Shown here: piece after piece, positions 1 through 17,344 of the stretch | Numbering within the stretch: position 1 is the first letter of the stretch | Layout of the letters: every line of letters begins with the position of its first letter | From: the human T2T-CHM13v2.0 reference genome, Homo sapiens | Length of the DNA stretch: 64,000 bases | Direction: 5' to 3' (one strand) | Assembly (NCBI RefSeq): GCF_009914755.1 | Contig: NC_060947.1 | Position numbers and translations under genes: made by a program | The notes under the pieces: model-generated | The model's database searches: none | Told to the model about the DNA's origin: nothing | Seen by the model: the letters and a program-made list of their open reading frames with translations, nothing else

Positions 1-82
1 CTGTTTCAATTCTCAAAAGATTTGAGGAGCAGCTGAAAGGTAAGGCTGGTATTTTATGTCCAAGGGTATTGGATCTCCTCCA

Positions 83-190
83 CTAGACTATAAGCCACTT
101 GGTGATAAAACTATCCCTTGTTCTTATATGCTTTCTCAACACCAACTGCAGTATGTGACACATTGTAGGTGCTCAATCAATATATTTAGA
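83..190 (+). mobile_element. L2 (LINE-2) 3' end fragment
   Basis: ctagactataagc...gacacattgtaggtgctcaatcaatatattt resembles the L2 3' terminus. Confidence 0.55.
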
Positions 191-1327
191 TATAAATGTG
201 TACATTCTAATGCAACAATTGATTTTTGAAATTCATGAGTTTTCCTACTCAAGTGAAGAGCATAAATAATTTTTTCCAAAGGTTGCATTTCATTTATTTT
301 GAGCACCTCCTTTATTAATCTTATGTATACACAACAGTGTGAAAAATAGCACAGTTGTGTATCAGGACAGAAAAATTCTAGTGTAAGGCTGCCATGCTGC
401 ATTACTATGGATAGATAACATGGGAATTGTACCCCCCAGAGTTGCGTGGTAGGACATCCCTGAGTCCTGACTCTATCATTGGCTGGCTGTGTGTCCTCAG
501 CTTCCATTTCAGGTCCTGTAAAATGGCAGGGTTTAATGTAAGCAATTGTTTTCCAAGTCTTTATTTTGTTTTTGCCATGGAACCCTTTCTTCTAATGAAA
601 CACAATGCAGATGCTCAGTGGGGATGCTCTAGTTGAAGTTCAGACTGGAGCTCAGAGCCACCCACTCAAATTCCAAGTATAGTCCCCAGCCAGTGTACCA
701 CCAAGGCACCTTTGGTGAATTCTTAAAGTTCTAGACATCATGGGCTGAAAACCACAGGCCTGGCTAGCTTTTTCTTAAAGGACCTCCAGCTCAGCAATCT
801 CTAATTAAATGGTGGGCTTCAGAAACATTTGTTAAATTATTAGTTACGTAAAGTTGGTTTACTTAGAAGAAGGGATACCTGCAACTTCATATTGTATTTC
901 TCACCAAAGTGGTTCTCTCAAACCTTGTAGACATCACATAACCTAGTGGGGCAGCTAGCCTATAATAAGTCCACTTTTCTTCTGCCAATTTTGCATGGGG
1001 AATAAGATGTTAAGACCTCTGGATCTCCTTTTCCATGCTCTTATACCTTTATACCACAGAGGTAAAACTCTAAAGAGATTTTGCCCCATGGTTTAGCTTT
1101 GAGACTTGGATAAAGAAATGGCCTAGTGATGTGGGCTTTCTGTCCTTGATATTTTTGACTATGAAAAACATATGAGATCCCTACCTCCGAACCTTCAAGT
1201 GAGTCTACTTCCAGCCATATCAGACTACTCACTATCTTCTCAATGTATAAAACGTATCCTTTACCACTAGTCTCTTTATGCATACTTTACATATTCATTT
1301 ACTCAACCAACATATATCCATTAGGTA

Positions 1328-2295
1328 TAGTCATACATTGCTTAATGACAGGGATATTTTCAGAGAAATATGTTGTTAGGTGATTTCCTTATTGTATGAA
1401 TATCAGAGTACTTACACAAACCTAGACTGCATAGCCTACTACACACTTAAATTAAGCTACATGTTATAGCCTATTTTTCTTAAGCTACAAATCTGCACTA
1501 CATGTTACTATACTGAATACTGTAGTCACTTGTAGAACAATGGCAAATATTTGTGTATCTAAACATATATAAACATAGAAAAGGTACAGTAAAAATGGTA
1601 TAAAAGATTTTTTAAATGGTACACACTATATAGGCTACTTATTCTGAATGGAGCTTGAAGGACTGAAAGTTGCTGCAGGTGACTCAGTGAGTAAGTAGTG
1701 ACCGAATGTGAAGGCTTAAGACATTACTGTACACTACTGCAGATTATATAAGCACTATACACTTAGGCTATGCTAAATTGATATAAAAACCTTTGTCTTT
1801 CTTCAATAATAAATTGACTTTAGCTTACTGTAACTTTTTACTTCATAAACTTTTTATTTTTTTTAACTTTTGGACAGTTTTGTACTAACACTTAGCTTAA
1901 AACGCAAACACGTTGTACAGTTTTACAAAAATATTTTCTTTCTTTACATCCTTATTTTATAAGCTTTTTCCCATTTTTTTATTTTTTATTTTTTTTTTTT
2001 ACTTTTTAAACTTTTCTGTTAAAACAAAGACACAAACATACACATTATTCTAGGCCTACACAGAGTCAGGATCAACAGTATCACTGTTTTCCACCTCCAC
2101 ATCTTGTCACACTAGGAGGTCTTTGGGAGCAATAGCATGCATGGAGCTTTCACATACTGTAATAACAATGCCTTCCTCAGGAAAACCCCCTGAAGACCCT
2201 GTGGGGTTATTTTACAGGAACCACCATTGTACATGCAGTCTATTATTTATTGATTAGTGATTAGTGATTATTATTAATATGGTCTATCATGACTT
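1328..2295 (+). mobile_element. Tigger3-family (TcMar-Tigger) non-autonomous DNA transposon, inserted in an L2 relic
   Basis: Starts tagtcat...ttaatgacagggat...tacttacacaaacctagac. Contains aaacatagaaaaggtacagtaaaaat and gaatggagcttgaaggactgaaagttgc, and ends near ggaaccaccattgtacatgcagtc. L2-like sequence lies on both sides. Confidence 0.75.
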
Positions 2296-4754
2296 GAACT
2301 TACTGTGTGCTTAACACTGGATAAAAAGAACAAACAAGACAAACGTCATCCCTGCCTCATGGAACTTCAAATATAATGGAGCTGTTCCATTTTTTTGGGA
2401 ATTGTATCCTCATTCTCATCACAATTATTTTCCATTCAGAAAACTCTTTTTCATCCTTCAATTACCAACTCAGATACCAACTTCTCTGTTGAGTAGTTTT
2501 TCCTACAGCATTAAGCACCACATCTATCTTTATAAGTGTATAGCACTTATGTTTATCTTTTCAACTAAATAGGAACTTTTAAAAAGCCACAACTTTGTTT
2601 AATTTGCCTTTTTACGTCCTCCTATTACATATCTGGCACACAACAGGTAATAAATGTTGGAATGACCATTTCTATAAGTGATATCATTCTCAAAGTATTT
2701 TCAAATTACATTTATTATTCTTAACACACTGATCTCTTTGGCTTCACAACACAACCATCAGGTACTTATCTCTGGCTTCTCAAGACAAAATAACAATAAG
2801 TCAGGTAGGCAAGGCAAAGATTACTATTTCCAGGTTACAAGTGAGTGAACTGGGCCCTGGAGCAGGACTTTGCATCCCTCAAGTTCAAGGTGGGATTGTA
2901 GCTGGATCCCTCAACCCTACCTCACTGTTCTTTTCTGTCCATTATGCTGCTGCCCTAAATTCAAGGCTCATTATTAACCTTTTAATACACATGGCAATCT
3001 GCAGACATAAGGGAGGGGGGCTGCACAGTATTTTAAAAAGTTAAATTAGCATCCAATAGTTACAAATAAGGAGATTTCACATTTAAAAATTCAGATTTCT
3101 ACTCTTTCTTACATATTTGCCCATGATCCTAATCAGTTGGAGCTGAGGTCCAGTTGCTCTCTTTAGTCAGAGTGTGTAGTCTTCAGTGTGCCAAAATTCT
3201 CACTACTCTTTGTTGTATTGCATTAAACATCCTCCATTTATTTACCCATGTTAATGATTTGGGGCTCATTTGTGTATCACCCTTGGACTAATCTGAATGC
3301 CATCTTTTCCCAAATGAGAAAATGGAAGGATAGGGAGAGAAAAGGAAATGTTGAAGGTCACAGAAAAAAATCTAGACCTCTCTCACCACTCCTATTCAAC
3401 ATAGTGTTGGAAGTTCTGGCCAGGGCAATCTAGCAGGAGGAAGAAATAAAGGGTAATCGAAAAAAAGACAAGGAGTCAAACTGTCTTTGTTTGCAGATGA
3501 CATGATCCTATTTCTAGAAATCCCCATTGTCTCAGCGCAAAAGCTTCCTAAGCTGATAAGCAACTTCAAAGTCTCAGGATACAAAATTGATATGCAAAAA
3601 TCATAAGCATTCCTATACACCAACAACAGACAAGCTGAGAGCCAAATCATGACTGAACTTCCATTCACAATTGCTACAAAAAGAATACAATACATAGGAA
3701 TACAGCTAACAAGGGTAATGAAGGAAATCTTCAAGGAGAACTACAAACCACTGCTCAAAGAAATCAAAGAGGACACAAACAAATGAAAAAAACATTCCCT
3801 GCTCATGGACAGGAAGAATAAATATCGTGAAAATGGTCATACTGCCCAAAGTAATTTATAGATTCAATTTTATTCCCATCAAGCTACCATTGATAGTCTT
3901 GATATTCTTCACAGAATTAGATAAAACAATTTTATAATTCATACGAAACAAAAAAAAGCCCAGGTAGCCAAGATAATCCTCAGCAAAAAAAAACAAAGCT
4001 GGAGGCATCATGCTACCTGACTTCAAACTATACTACAAGGCTACAGTAACAAAAACAGCATGGTACTGGTACAAAAACAGACACATAGACCAATGAAACA
4101 GAAAAGAGAACTCAGAAATAATACCTCTCAGAAATAATACCATTTACAACCATCTGATTTGACAAACTTGACAAAAACCAGCAATGGGGAAAAGATCCCC
4201 TAGTTAATAAATGGTGCTGGGAGAACTGGCTAACCATATGCAGAAAATTGAAAGTGAATCCCTTCATTATACCTTATACAAAAACTGACTCAAGATGGAT
4301 TAAAGACTTACATGTGAAACCCAAACCTATAAACAACCTAGAAGAAAACTTAGGCAATACCATTCAGGGCATAGGCATGGGCAATAGCAACAAAGGTGAA
4401 AGTTGAAAAATGGGATCCTATTAAACTAAAGAGCTTCTGCAGAGTAAAAGAAACTATCGTCATAGTGAACAGACAACCTACAGAATGGGAGAAAAGTTTT
4501 TTTTTTTTTTCTTTTTTTTTTTCTTCTTTTTTTATACTTTTTTTTTTTTATTATACTCTAAGTTTTAGGGTACATGTGCACAATGTGCAGGTTAGTTACA
4601 TATGTATACATGTGCCATGCTGGTGCGCTGCACCCACTAATGTGTCATCTAGCATTAGGTATATCTCCCAATGCTATCCCTCCCCCCTCCCCCGACCCCA
4701 CCACAGTCCCCAGAGTGTGATATTCCCCTTCCTGTGTCCATGTGATCTCATTGT

Positions 4755-8597
<3,843 letters not shown>

Positions 8598-8645
8598 TTA
8601 TTTTGCTCATTAGTTGATGCAGTTTCTTCCTAGTCTCGATGGTCT

Positions 8646-9662
8646 TTACATTTTGGCATGATTTTGCAGCGGCTGGTACCGGTTGTTCCTTTCCAGGTTT
8701 AGCGCTTCCTTCAGGAGCTCTTTTATGGCAGGCCTGGTGGTGACAAAATCTCTCAGCATTTGCTTGTCTATAAAGTAGTTTATTTCTCCTTCACTTATGA
8801 AGCTTAGTTTGGCTGGATATGAAATTCTGGGTTGAAAATTCTTTTCTTTAAGAATGTTGAATATTGGCCCCCACTCTCTTCTGGCTTGTAGGGTTTCTGC
8901 CGAGAGATCCGCTGTTAGTCTGATGGGCTTTCCTTTGAGGGTAACCCGACCTTTCTCTCTGGCTGCCCTTAACATTTTTTCCTTCATTTCAACTTTGGTG
9001 AATCTGACAATTATGTGTCTTGGAGTTGCTCTTCTCGAGGAGTATCTTTGTGGCGTTCTCTGTATTTCCTGAATCTGAACGTTGGCCTGCCTTGCTAGAT
9101 TGGGGAAGTTCTCCTGGATAATATCCTGCAGAGTGTTTTCCAACTTGGTTCCATTCTCCTCATCACTTTCAGGTACACCTATCAGACGTAGATTTGGTCT
9201 TTTCACATAGTCCCATATTTCTTGGAGGCTTTGCTCATTTCTTTTTATTCTTTTTTCTCTAAACTTCCCTTCTCGCTTCATTTCATTCATTTCATCTTCC
9301 ATTGCTGATACCCTTTCTTCCAGTTGATCGCATCGGCTCCTGAGGCTTCTGCATTCTTCACGTAGTTCTCGAGCCTTGGTTTTCAGCTCCATCAGCTCCT
9401 TTAAGCACTTCTCTGTATTGGTTATTCTAGTTATACATTCTTCTAAATTTTTTTCAAAGTTTTCAACTTCTTTGCCTTTGGTTTGAATGTCCTCCCGTAG
9501 CTCAGAGTAATTTGATCGTCTGAAGCCTTCTTCTCTCAGCTCGTCAAAATCATTCTCCATCCAGCTTTGTTCTGTTGCTGGTGAGGAACTGCGTTCCTTT
9601 GGAGGAGGAGAGGCGCTCTGCGTTTTAGAGTTTCCAGTTTTTCTGTTCTGTTTTTTCCCCAT
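8646..9662 (-). CDS. LINE-1 ORF1p RNA-binding / chaperone protein, 338 aa
   Basis: MGKKQNRK start, coiled coil, intact REKG, ARR and YPAKLS motifs, 63-bp inter-ORF spacer. Confidence 0.97.
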   Translation of the reverse strand: MGKKQNRKTGNSKTQSASPPPKERSSSPATEQSWMENDFDELREEGFRRSNYSELREDIQTKGKEVENFEKNLEECITRITNTEKCLKELMELKTKARELREECRSLRSRCDQLEERVSAMEDEMNEMKREGKFREKRIKRNEQSLQEIWDYVKRPNLRLIGVPESDEENGTKLENTLQDIIQENFPNLARQANVQIQEIQRTPQRYSSRRATPRHIIVRFTKVEMKEKMLRAAREKGRVTLKGKPIRLTADLSAETLQARREWGPIFNILKEKNFQPRISYPAKLSFISEGEINYFIDKQMLRDFVTTRPAIKELLKEALNLERNNRYQPLQNHAKM

Positions 9663-10569
9663 CTTTGTGGTTTTATCTACTTTTGGTCTTTGATGATGGT
9701 GATGTACAGATGGGTTTTCGGTGTAGATGTCCTTTCTGGTTGTTAGTTTTCCTTCTAACAGACAGGACCCTCAGCTGCAGGTCGGTTGGAATACCCTGCC
9801 GTGTGAGGTGTCAGTGTGCCCCTGCTGGGTGGTGCCTCCCAGTTAGGCTACTCGGGGGTCAGGGGTCAGGGACCCACTTGAGGAGGCAGTCTGCCCGTTC
9901 TCAGATCTCCAGCTGCGTGCTGGGGGAAACACTGCTCTCTTCAAAGCTGTCAGACAGGGACACTTAAGTCTGCAGAGGTTACTGCTGTCTTTTTGTTTGT
10001 CTGTGCCCTGCCCCCAGAGGTGGAGCCTACAGAGGCAGGCAGGCCTCCTTGAGCTGTGGTGGGCTCCACCCAGTTCAAGCTTCCTGGCTGCTTTGTTTAC
10101 CTAAGCAAGCCTGGGCAATGGCGGTCACCCCTCCCCCAGCCTCGTTGCCGCCTTGCAGTTTGATCTCAGGCTGCTGTGCTAGCAATCAGCGAGATTCCGT
10201 GGGCGTAGGACCCTCTGAGCCAGGTGTGGGATATAGTCTCGTGGTGCGCCGTTTCTTAAGCCGGTCTGAAAAGCGCAATATTCGGGTGGGAGTGACCCGA
10301 TTTTCCAGGTCCGTCCATCACCCCTTTCTTTGACTCGGAAAGGGAACTCCCTGACCCCTTGCGCTTCCCAGGTGAGGCAATGCCTCGCCCTGCTTCGGCT
10401 CGCGCACGGTGCGCACACACACTGGCCTGCGCCCACTGTCTGGCACTCCCTAGTGAGATGAACCCGGTACCTCAGATGGAAATGCAGAAATCACCCGTCT
10501 TCTGCGTCGCTCACGCTGGGAGCTGTAGACCGGAGCTGTTCCTATTCGGCCATCTTGGCTCCTCCTCCC
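9663..10569 (-). promoter_or_regulatory. L1HS 5' UTR: CpG-rich internal sense promoter and antisense promoter, with intact YY1 site
   Basis: About 907 bp, CpG-rich. YY1 motif CAAGATGGCC at 10557-10548. Lacks the ~129-bp segment seen in the L1PA4 copy. Confidence 0.88.
10118..10333 (+). CDS. LINE-1 ORF0 (antisense, primate-specific), 71 aa
   Basis: ATG at 10118 in GCAATGG context. MAVTPPPASLPPCSLIS...RFSRSVHHPFL then stop, 216 nt, matching ORF0 length and sequence. Confidence 0.85.
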   Translation: MAVTPPPASLPPCSLISGCCASNQRDSVGVGPSEPGVGYSLVVRRFLSRSEKRNIRVGVTRFSRSVHHPFL

Positions 10570-12699
10570 GAGAAAAGTTTTCCAACCTATCCATAAGACA
10601 AAGGTCTAATATCTAGAGTCTAGAAGGAATTTAAACAGATTTACAAGAAAAAAGCAAACAACCCCATTAAAAAGTAGGCAAATGATATGAACAGACACTT
10701 CTCAAAAGAAGACATTTATGCAGCCAACAAACATATGAAAAAAAGCTTAACATCACTAATCATTAGAGAAATGCAAATCGAAACCACGATGAGATACCAT
10801 CTCACTCCAGTGAGAACGGCGATTACTAAAGTCAAGAGACAACAGATGCTGGCAAAGCTGTGGAGAGATAGGAATGCTTTTACACTGTTGGTGGGAATGT
10901 AAATTAGTTCAACCATTGTGGAAGACAGTGTGGCAATTCCTCAAAGACCTAGAACCAGAAATACTATATGACCCAGCAATCTCATTATAGGTTATATAAC
11001 CAAAGGTATAAAATAATTCTATTATAAAGATGCATGCATGCATATATTCATTGCAGCACTATGCACACTAGCAAAGACATGCAATCGACCTAAATGTCCA
11101 TCAATGATAGGCTGTATAAAGAAAATGTGGTACATACGCACTCTGGAATATTATGCAGCCATAAAAATAAATGAGTTCATGTCCTTTGCAGGGAAATGGA
11201 TAGAGCCGGAATCCATTATCCTCAGCAAACTAATGCAGGAATAGAAAACCAAACACCACATGCAATGAAAACATGGAGACAGGGAGGGGAACAACACACA
11301 TGGTGGCCTGTTGGGGAGGGTGGGGGGAGGGAGAGTATCAGAAAAAATAGCTAATGCATGTTGGGCTTAATACCTAGATTATGGGTTGATAGGTGCAGCA
11401 AACCACCATGGCACACGTTTACCTATGTAACAAACCTGCACACCCTGCACATGTACCCCAGAGGTTAAAAAAAAAAAAAGAATCTAGGGCAGTGAAAGTT
11501 CAAGTACGCAGGCCTTCAGTCCCTAGGTTAATGCTTTCTCCTCTGCCTGGGTTTGCCTGACCTATAACCATCTGCCATTTCACGGGTGTGCTTAGGTAAG
11601 CTAGGAATCCATGCATCTTACTACAGTGACTAAAGACTTGTCAGGTCACACTATGTGAAGGGAGACACATGCAGCACACATTGGGTCACGTTCTTTCACC
11701 CTGTAGTCTGGCTGAGAAAAAGAGTTTGGTGCTGCTCCAGAGACAGCAAAAAGAAGGAAGTTCTGGCTACTGGCAGGTAGGGGAACTGGACTCAGTAGAG
11801 GGTCAGGGCCTTGGAGGGTTTGCCATGGCAGTGGGGATTGGGCCTCAGTTTTGTAGGGCCAGAAGTAGAATTTTACTGCCCTATGTTGAGATACGCCAGC
11901 TGAGGAAAACAAATCCCCTTAACTGAAGTTTTCAGAGCTTGATATAAGAAAGATCTTCTGTCATCTTGCTAATTTCCCCTGTGGACAGAGCTTATCAAGT
12001 TACCCACAACCACAATTCACTCAGTAGCCTTTTTTCCTGGTAGGTCATTTGGCTTGAGAAGCTGAATGTACCCACAGGAAGCTTCTTGGTCATAAGAGAA
12101 TTAGGACAAAGGAGGTTTAACATTCCTCAAGGATGTTTCTCTTGATTTAAGGAGACTGTGGTTCAAATTTTCCTCTGAGTATCAGAGCCAAACTGACTCC
12201 TTCTTAGAAATTGTAAAACTACACTACTCCCCCTTTTCCAGCCTCTACATATCCCCTGACACACACACTCTGTTAAGACAACACAACAACGACCTCAGAC
12301 AAGTTACAATACATTTGAGTGGAGTCATCAAGTATTTTAGCTAGGAGGTACTTAGATATCCCCTGGTCTTATCTCTTCATTTTAGAAATAAGGAAACCGA
12401 TCTCCACTGAAAAAGCAGGATTTTCTGAAGATCACGTGGTAAATTAAGAGCAAAGCTAGTATCCAAACTCTAGGGTTCTCAATCTCCATGAGAACTTCTC
12501 TCTCCAAAGTAAGATACTTTTTTGAGGATCAACTTATCTACCTGACTGAATTGAGAAACACAGGGATCCTGTCACCAGCCATTTGCACATGCCCTCCTCA
12601 GTTTTTGGCTGGGTCACTTTTGTAGTCAGCTAGCCTCATCTAGTATGAGTTGATGTTTGCTAGTTTTTATTTCAGGGATCTTGGCCTGCTTTCATACCC

Positions 12700-13082
12700 T
12701 GTGATTGTTAATTTTATGTACCACCTTCATTGGGTCCAGGGGTGTCCAAATTAAACACCATTTCTGGGCGTGTCTGTGAGAGTGTATCCAGATGAGATTA
12801 GCATTTGAATTGGTGGGGGAAGTGATTAGATTGTGAGGGCAGAACACTCATGAATGGATTAGTACCCTTATAAAAGAGGCCCCAGAGAGACCCCTTGCAC
12901 TTTTCATCATGTGAGAACACAGTGAGAAGGTACTGTTAATGAACTAGATAGTGAGCCCCCACCAGACACCAAATCCGCTGGTGTCTTGATCTTGGACTTA
13001 CCAATCTCCAGAACTATTTATGTTGTTTATGCGCCACCACGGTTAATGGTAATTTCTTATAGTAGCCTGAACAGACTAAGCC
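12700..13082 (+). mobile_element. LTR relic: MLT2-like 5' part fused to an MLT1A-like 3' part
   Basis: tgtgattgttaattttatgt...gatgagattagcatttgaattgg is MLT2-like. It is followed by cccttataaaagaggcccagagag...cttgatcttggactt...gaacagactaag, which is MLT1A-like. Confidence 0.6.
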
Positions 13083-13254
13083 ATCATTCATGAAACCGCA
13101 TGCATTAAAGAATGTTCCTTTCTCCACTGACACCTGACTGGCCTGTCCCTATGGTTCTCTTGGCATCTCTCTGTCATCTGTCTTTATATCCAGAATAGAA
13201 GCCCCAGGTAAAGACAACCATCCACCATTAGCGTCATTGGCAGAGGAGGACACA

Positions 13255-13316
13255 TAAACACACAGACACACACACACACACTACACACACACACACACAT
13301 ACACACATATATATAT
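13255..13316. repeat. (CA)n/(TA)n microsatellite
   Basis: Directly visible dinucleotide run. Confidence 0.85.
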
Positions 13317-14242
13317 TGCATGAGGCCCAGTATCAGCTGTGTTTCTCATCAGAGGTGTTTGGGAAAGCAAGACAAACGGGTAACTTTAGCCCATCCAGAG
13401 ATGGAATAAAAGTATACTGGAATGTCTGTATCTTGACACTAACTGTATAAAAAAGTCTCAGGTCTAGCTTTCATCCCAGTTTTTAGCACCTGATCTCTTT
13501 CCTGAGCTTAGGGATGGCTCTGTCCAGATGAAGCTTAGAAGAGGACTGAGAAATGCTCCAGACTCATTCTGAAGGGTAACTGAAAATGCCCTCTGCTTGC
13601 TTTTCCATAGTCTTCTAAACATGATCCTCCAGAGACCATCTTCATCCTCCTGCAAGAGTCAGAAGTGTTCTTTCCACCAAGAGTCACCTTAATCTCTTAG
13701 GAAAGACTGTTTAAAAGTTGCTATTGTCACCTTCAAAGCATGCTCAAAATATCCAGAAGGAAAAAATGATTTAGCTCTTTAAGTAAGAAAATTTTTGAAG
13801 AAAGAGAGTCTTTGAAATTTCTCCTGTAATAAGGTAGAAATAACAATATACAGAATTTTGTCATCTAAACTCTAGGGGAGATGAGATGACCAGATACATA
13901 TTATTTAATGTACTAGATAGGAAAGGCTGGAGGCGTCTAGAGTTTTATATGCTTCCATCCTGAACTCCAGCGACCAAGGTTCTGGAAATAAAGAAAACTG
14001 AACCATAGTGGAATGATATATGCATAAAGCCCAGTCACAGTGGCCTGAAGACCAGAAACAAGGAGACAGGGATTTTGGTATATTTTAGGAAAAGAAAACT
14101 AACATTTACACAACATCTGCCATAGGACACACTGTGCTAGACACTCTACATGTTATCTCATCAATCCTCATAACAATTCTATGTAGTGGGCATGATTATT
14201 TCAATCCTACCAATAAGCAAAATGAGGCACAGAGAGGGTGAT

Positions 14243-14879
14243 AAGTATTTTGGCTGCCAAATATGCATTTCCCCTCCTCTCGATAAAATACCTCTGGTTG
14301 TATTTTAAGGACACAAGCTCCCCTCTGTTCTCAGTACATGTGCTTCAGGCACAGTTCCAAGAGTCGAGCATGTGACCCAGCCATAGCCAATCATCACACT
14401 GATTCCCAGCCACCATGAACTATACATGCAGCCACAGAGAACTGCATATGATCTGAGGTGGTCAGATTAGAGTGAATTCTATACTTGCATGGGAATTTCC
14501 AGGAAGCATCCCTTCTCCAACACACACAGACATGCACGCGTTCACACGTGCATGTAGGGTTGTGCACCCCCCCCACACACACACACACACACTTGGAATG
14601 ATGTAGCATGGAACTGCCGGCAGATATCTTGCCACCCTGAAAGGAGAACCTTCCTATGTGTGTAGCCAACCAATGAAACAGGACCAAGAGAGAGAGAAAG
14701 AGATAGAGAGACAAAGACAGAGACAGAGGCTAGATACAAGTGACAGAATTGGAGCCCCTGGATCAAGCTCCATCTACCCCTGAACTTTTCAGTTATATGG
14801 GCTCATACATTCCTTTTTCTGCTTAATCCAATTTTAGTTGTAATCTCTGTCACTTGCAATGAAAATAATTGACTAATAG
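14243..14879. mobile_element. Old MaLR LTR (MLT1J/K-like) inserted in a MIR
   Basis: gcatgtgacccag...ccaatca and gagcccctggatcaagct...ttttcagtta...tctgtcacttgcaa. MIR-like sequence at about 14095-14240. Confidence 0.55.
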
Positions 14880-15069
14880 AGTAAATGACATGTTCATCTT
14901 TATCAACCTAATAAGCAAAGAAACTGGAACTGAAATTTATGTAACTAAGCTTTTTCTCAACTATGTTGCCTCCTAGAGGATCTTTAAATCCTCTAGGCCA
15001 ATCCTTTTCTTGAATCGACTTCAAGTCTATGTATACCCTGAGCACTCTCCTTTAGTCATGTTTCAGATA

Positions 15070-15320
15070 ATTAAATGCTTTCTTAAAGGGTAGGGCCAGA
15101 ACTAAATGCAGTCCTTCAGTTATGGCCTGGGCAGCCAGGAAAGAACAAGATGACTGCTTTCCTTCTTATAGAGCACATACTTCTATATGTGTAGCCTCAG
15201 ATCACATTAGCTTTTTTAAAAGCCAAGCCACACTGTTGACTCACTATGAATATAACTATTAACTACTATCCCTGAATCTGCCAATGCTAAACCACACTTT
15301 TCTCAGCCTGACCTTGACTT
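15070..15320 (-). mobile_element. L3/CR1 fragment
   Basis: ggccagaactaaatgcagt...gcctcagatcacattagcttttt...cacactgttgactca. Confidence 0.45.
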
Positions 15321-16751
15321 AGTAGATATTTTAAATTATTGTTACAATTCAGCATTTTTAGTATATTCACCAAGTTGTACAACCATTACCACTATCTAAT
15401 TCCAGAACATTTTCATCACCCCATAAAGAAACACTTTTAGGACCTGCACCACATTTTCCCTTCCTATCACCTTCTAGAAGCCACTAATGTACCTTCTCTG
15501 TCTATGAATTTTCTCATTATGGACATTTAATATGGGTGAAATCATACAGTAGGTAGCCATCTGTGTCTTGCTTATTTCACTTAACATGTTCTCAAGTTTC
15601 ACACATGTTATAGAATATATCACTATCTCATTGCTTTAAAATTTTTATTGTGGGAAAATATATACAGTATTTATCATCTTAATCATTTGTAAGTGTACAA
15701 TACAGTGACATTAATTACAACCACAATGTTTTATAACCATCACTAGTATCTGTGCCCAAAACCTTTTCATCATTCCCGACATAAACTACGTACCCATTAA
15801 ACAATCCTTTACCTTCCTACCCATCTTCCCTCAGCCCCCAGTTACTTCTATTCTATTTTCTGTCTCTATGAATTTGCCTATTTGAGGTACCTCATATAAG
15901 TAGAATCATATGATATGTATCATGTTGTGCTTGGCTTGTGGTAATTATCATAACATTGTTGCATGTAGCAGAATTTCATTCCCTTTTAAGGTTGAATAAT
16001 ATTTTTTGGTTATACCATATTTGTTGATCCATTCATCTGTTGACACAGGTGGTTGTTTCCACCTTTTAGCTATTGTGAATATTGCTGCTATAAACATTGG
16101 TGTACAAGTATCTGTTTTAGTCCCTGATTTCAATACTTTCGGGTGTATACCTAGAAGTGGAATTGCTGGGTCTATTTCTAACTTTTTGAGGAACCACCAA
16201 ATTGTTTTTCAAAGCAGCCATACCATTTTGTATTCCAACCAGCAATGCATGAGAGTTTCAATTTCTCCACATCTTCAGCAACACTTGTTATTTTCTGTTG
16301 TGTTTTATTTCATTTGGTTTCTAGCCATCCTAGTGGATGTGGAGTATGGCATTGTGATTTTGATTTGCATTTCCCTAATGTCTAATGATGTTGAGCACCT
16401 TTTCATGTGTTTTGTGGCCATTTATATATCTTTTTTGGAGAAATGTTTATTCAAATATTTTGTTAATTTTCAATTGGGTTGTGTGTCATTTTGTTGTGGA
16501 TTTGTAGAATTCCTTTATATATTATGGATGTTAATAGCCTGCCAGATATATATTTTGTAAACGTTTTCTTCTGTTTTGTGGATTGCCTTTTCACCTTGAT
16601 ATTGTTCTTTGATGCCCTAAAGTTCTTAATATTGATGAACTCCAATATACCTATTTTTTGTTTTGTTTGTTTTCTGTACTTTTGGCAAAGTCCAATGCTA
16701 TAAAGATTTTCCCTACATTTTTTCCTAAAAGTTTTATAGTTTTAGCTCTTA

Positions 16752-17344
16752 TACTAAATTCTTATATATTCTGCAGGATATATATTCTCATTAGCACATG
16801 GAATGTTCTCCAAAATAGACCATATGACAAGCCGCAAAACAAGTCTCAATACATTTTTTAAGAATCAAAATCATATTAAGTACCTTCTCAGACCACAGTG
16901 GAATAAAACTAGAAATCCATTCCAGAAGGAACCCTCAAAATTATATAAATACTTCAAAATTAAACAATCCACTCCTAAATGAATTTGGGGTTAACAATAA
17001 AATCAAGATGGAAATTTAAAAATTCTTCCAAGTAAATGATAACAATGACACAAGTTATCAAAACCTCTGAGATACAGCAAAAGCAGTGCTAAAGAGGACA
17101 GCTTATAGCATGAAATGCCTATATTGAAAAGCCTGAAAGATCACAAATTGACAACCTAATGTCACCTCAAGGAACTAGAGAAACAAGAACAAACCAAACC
17201 CAAAGCTAGCAGAAGAAAATAAAAAATAAAGATCAGAGCAGAAAGAAATGAAATTGAAACAAACAAAAAGAAAACAGTACAAAAAATTAACGAAATGAAA
17301 GTTTGGTTCTTTGAAAAGATAAAATTGATAGACCATTAGCTAGT
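16752..17344 (+). mobile_element. Internal L1PB-like ORF2 (endonuclease/linker) fragment, opposite in orientation to its host
   Basis: ttctcagaccacagtggaataaaactagaaatc...gaactagagaaacaagaacaaaccaaacccaaagctagcagaag. No 3' UTR or poly(A). Confidence 0.75.
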
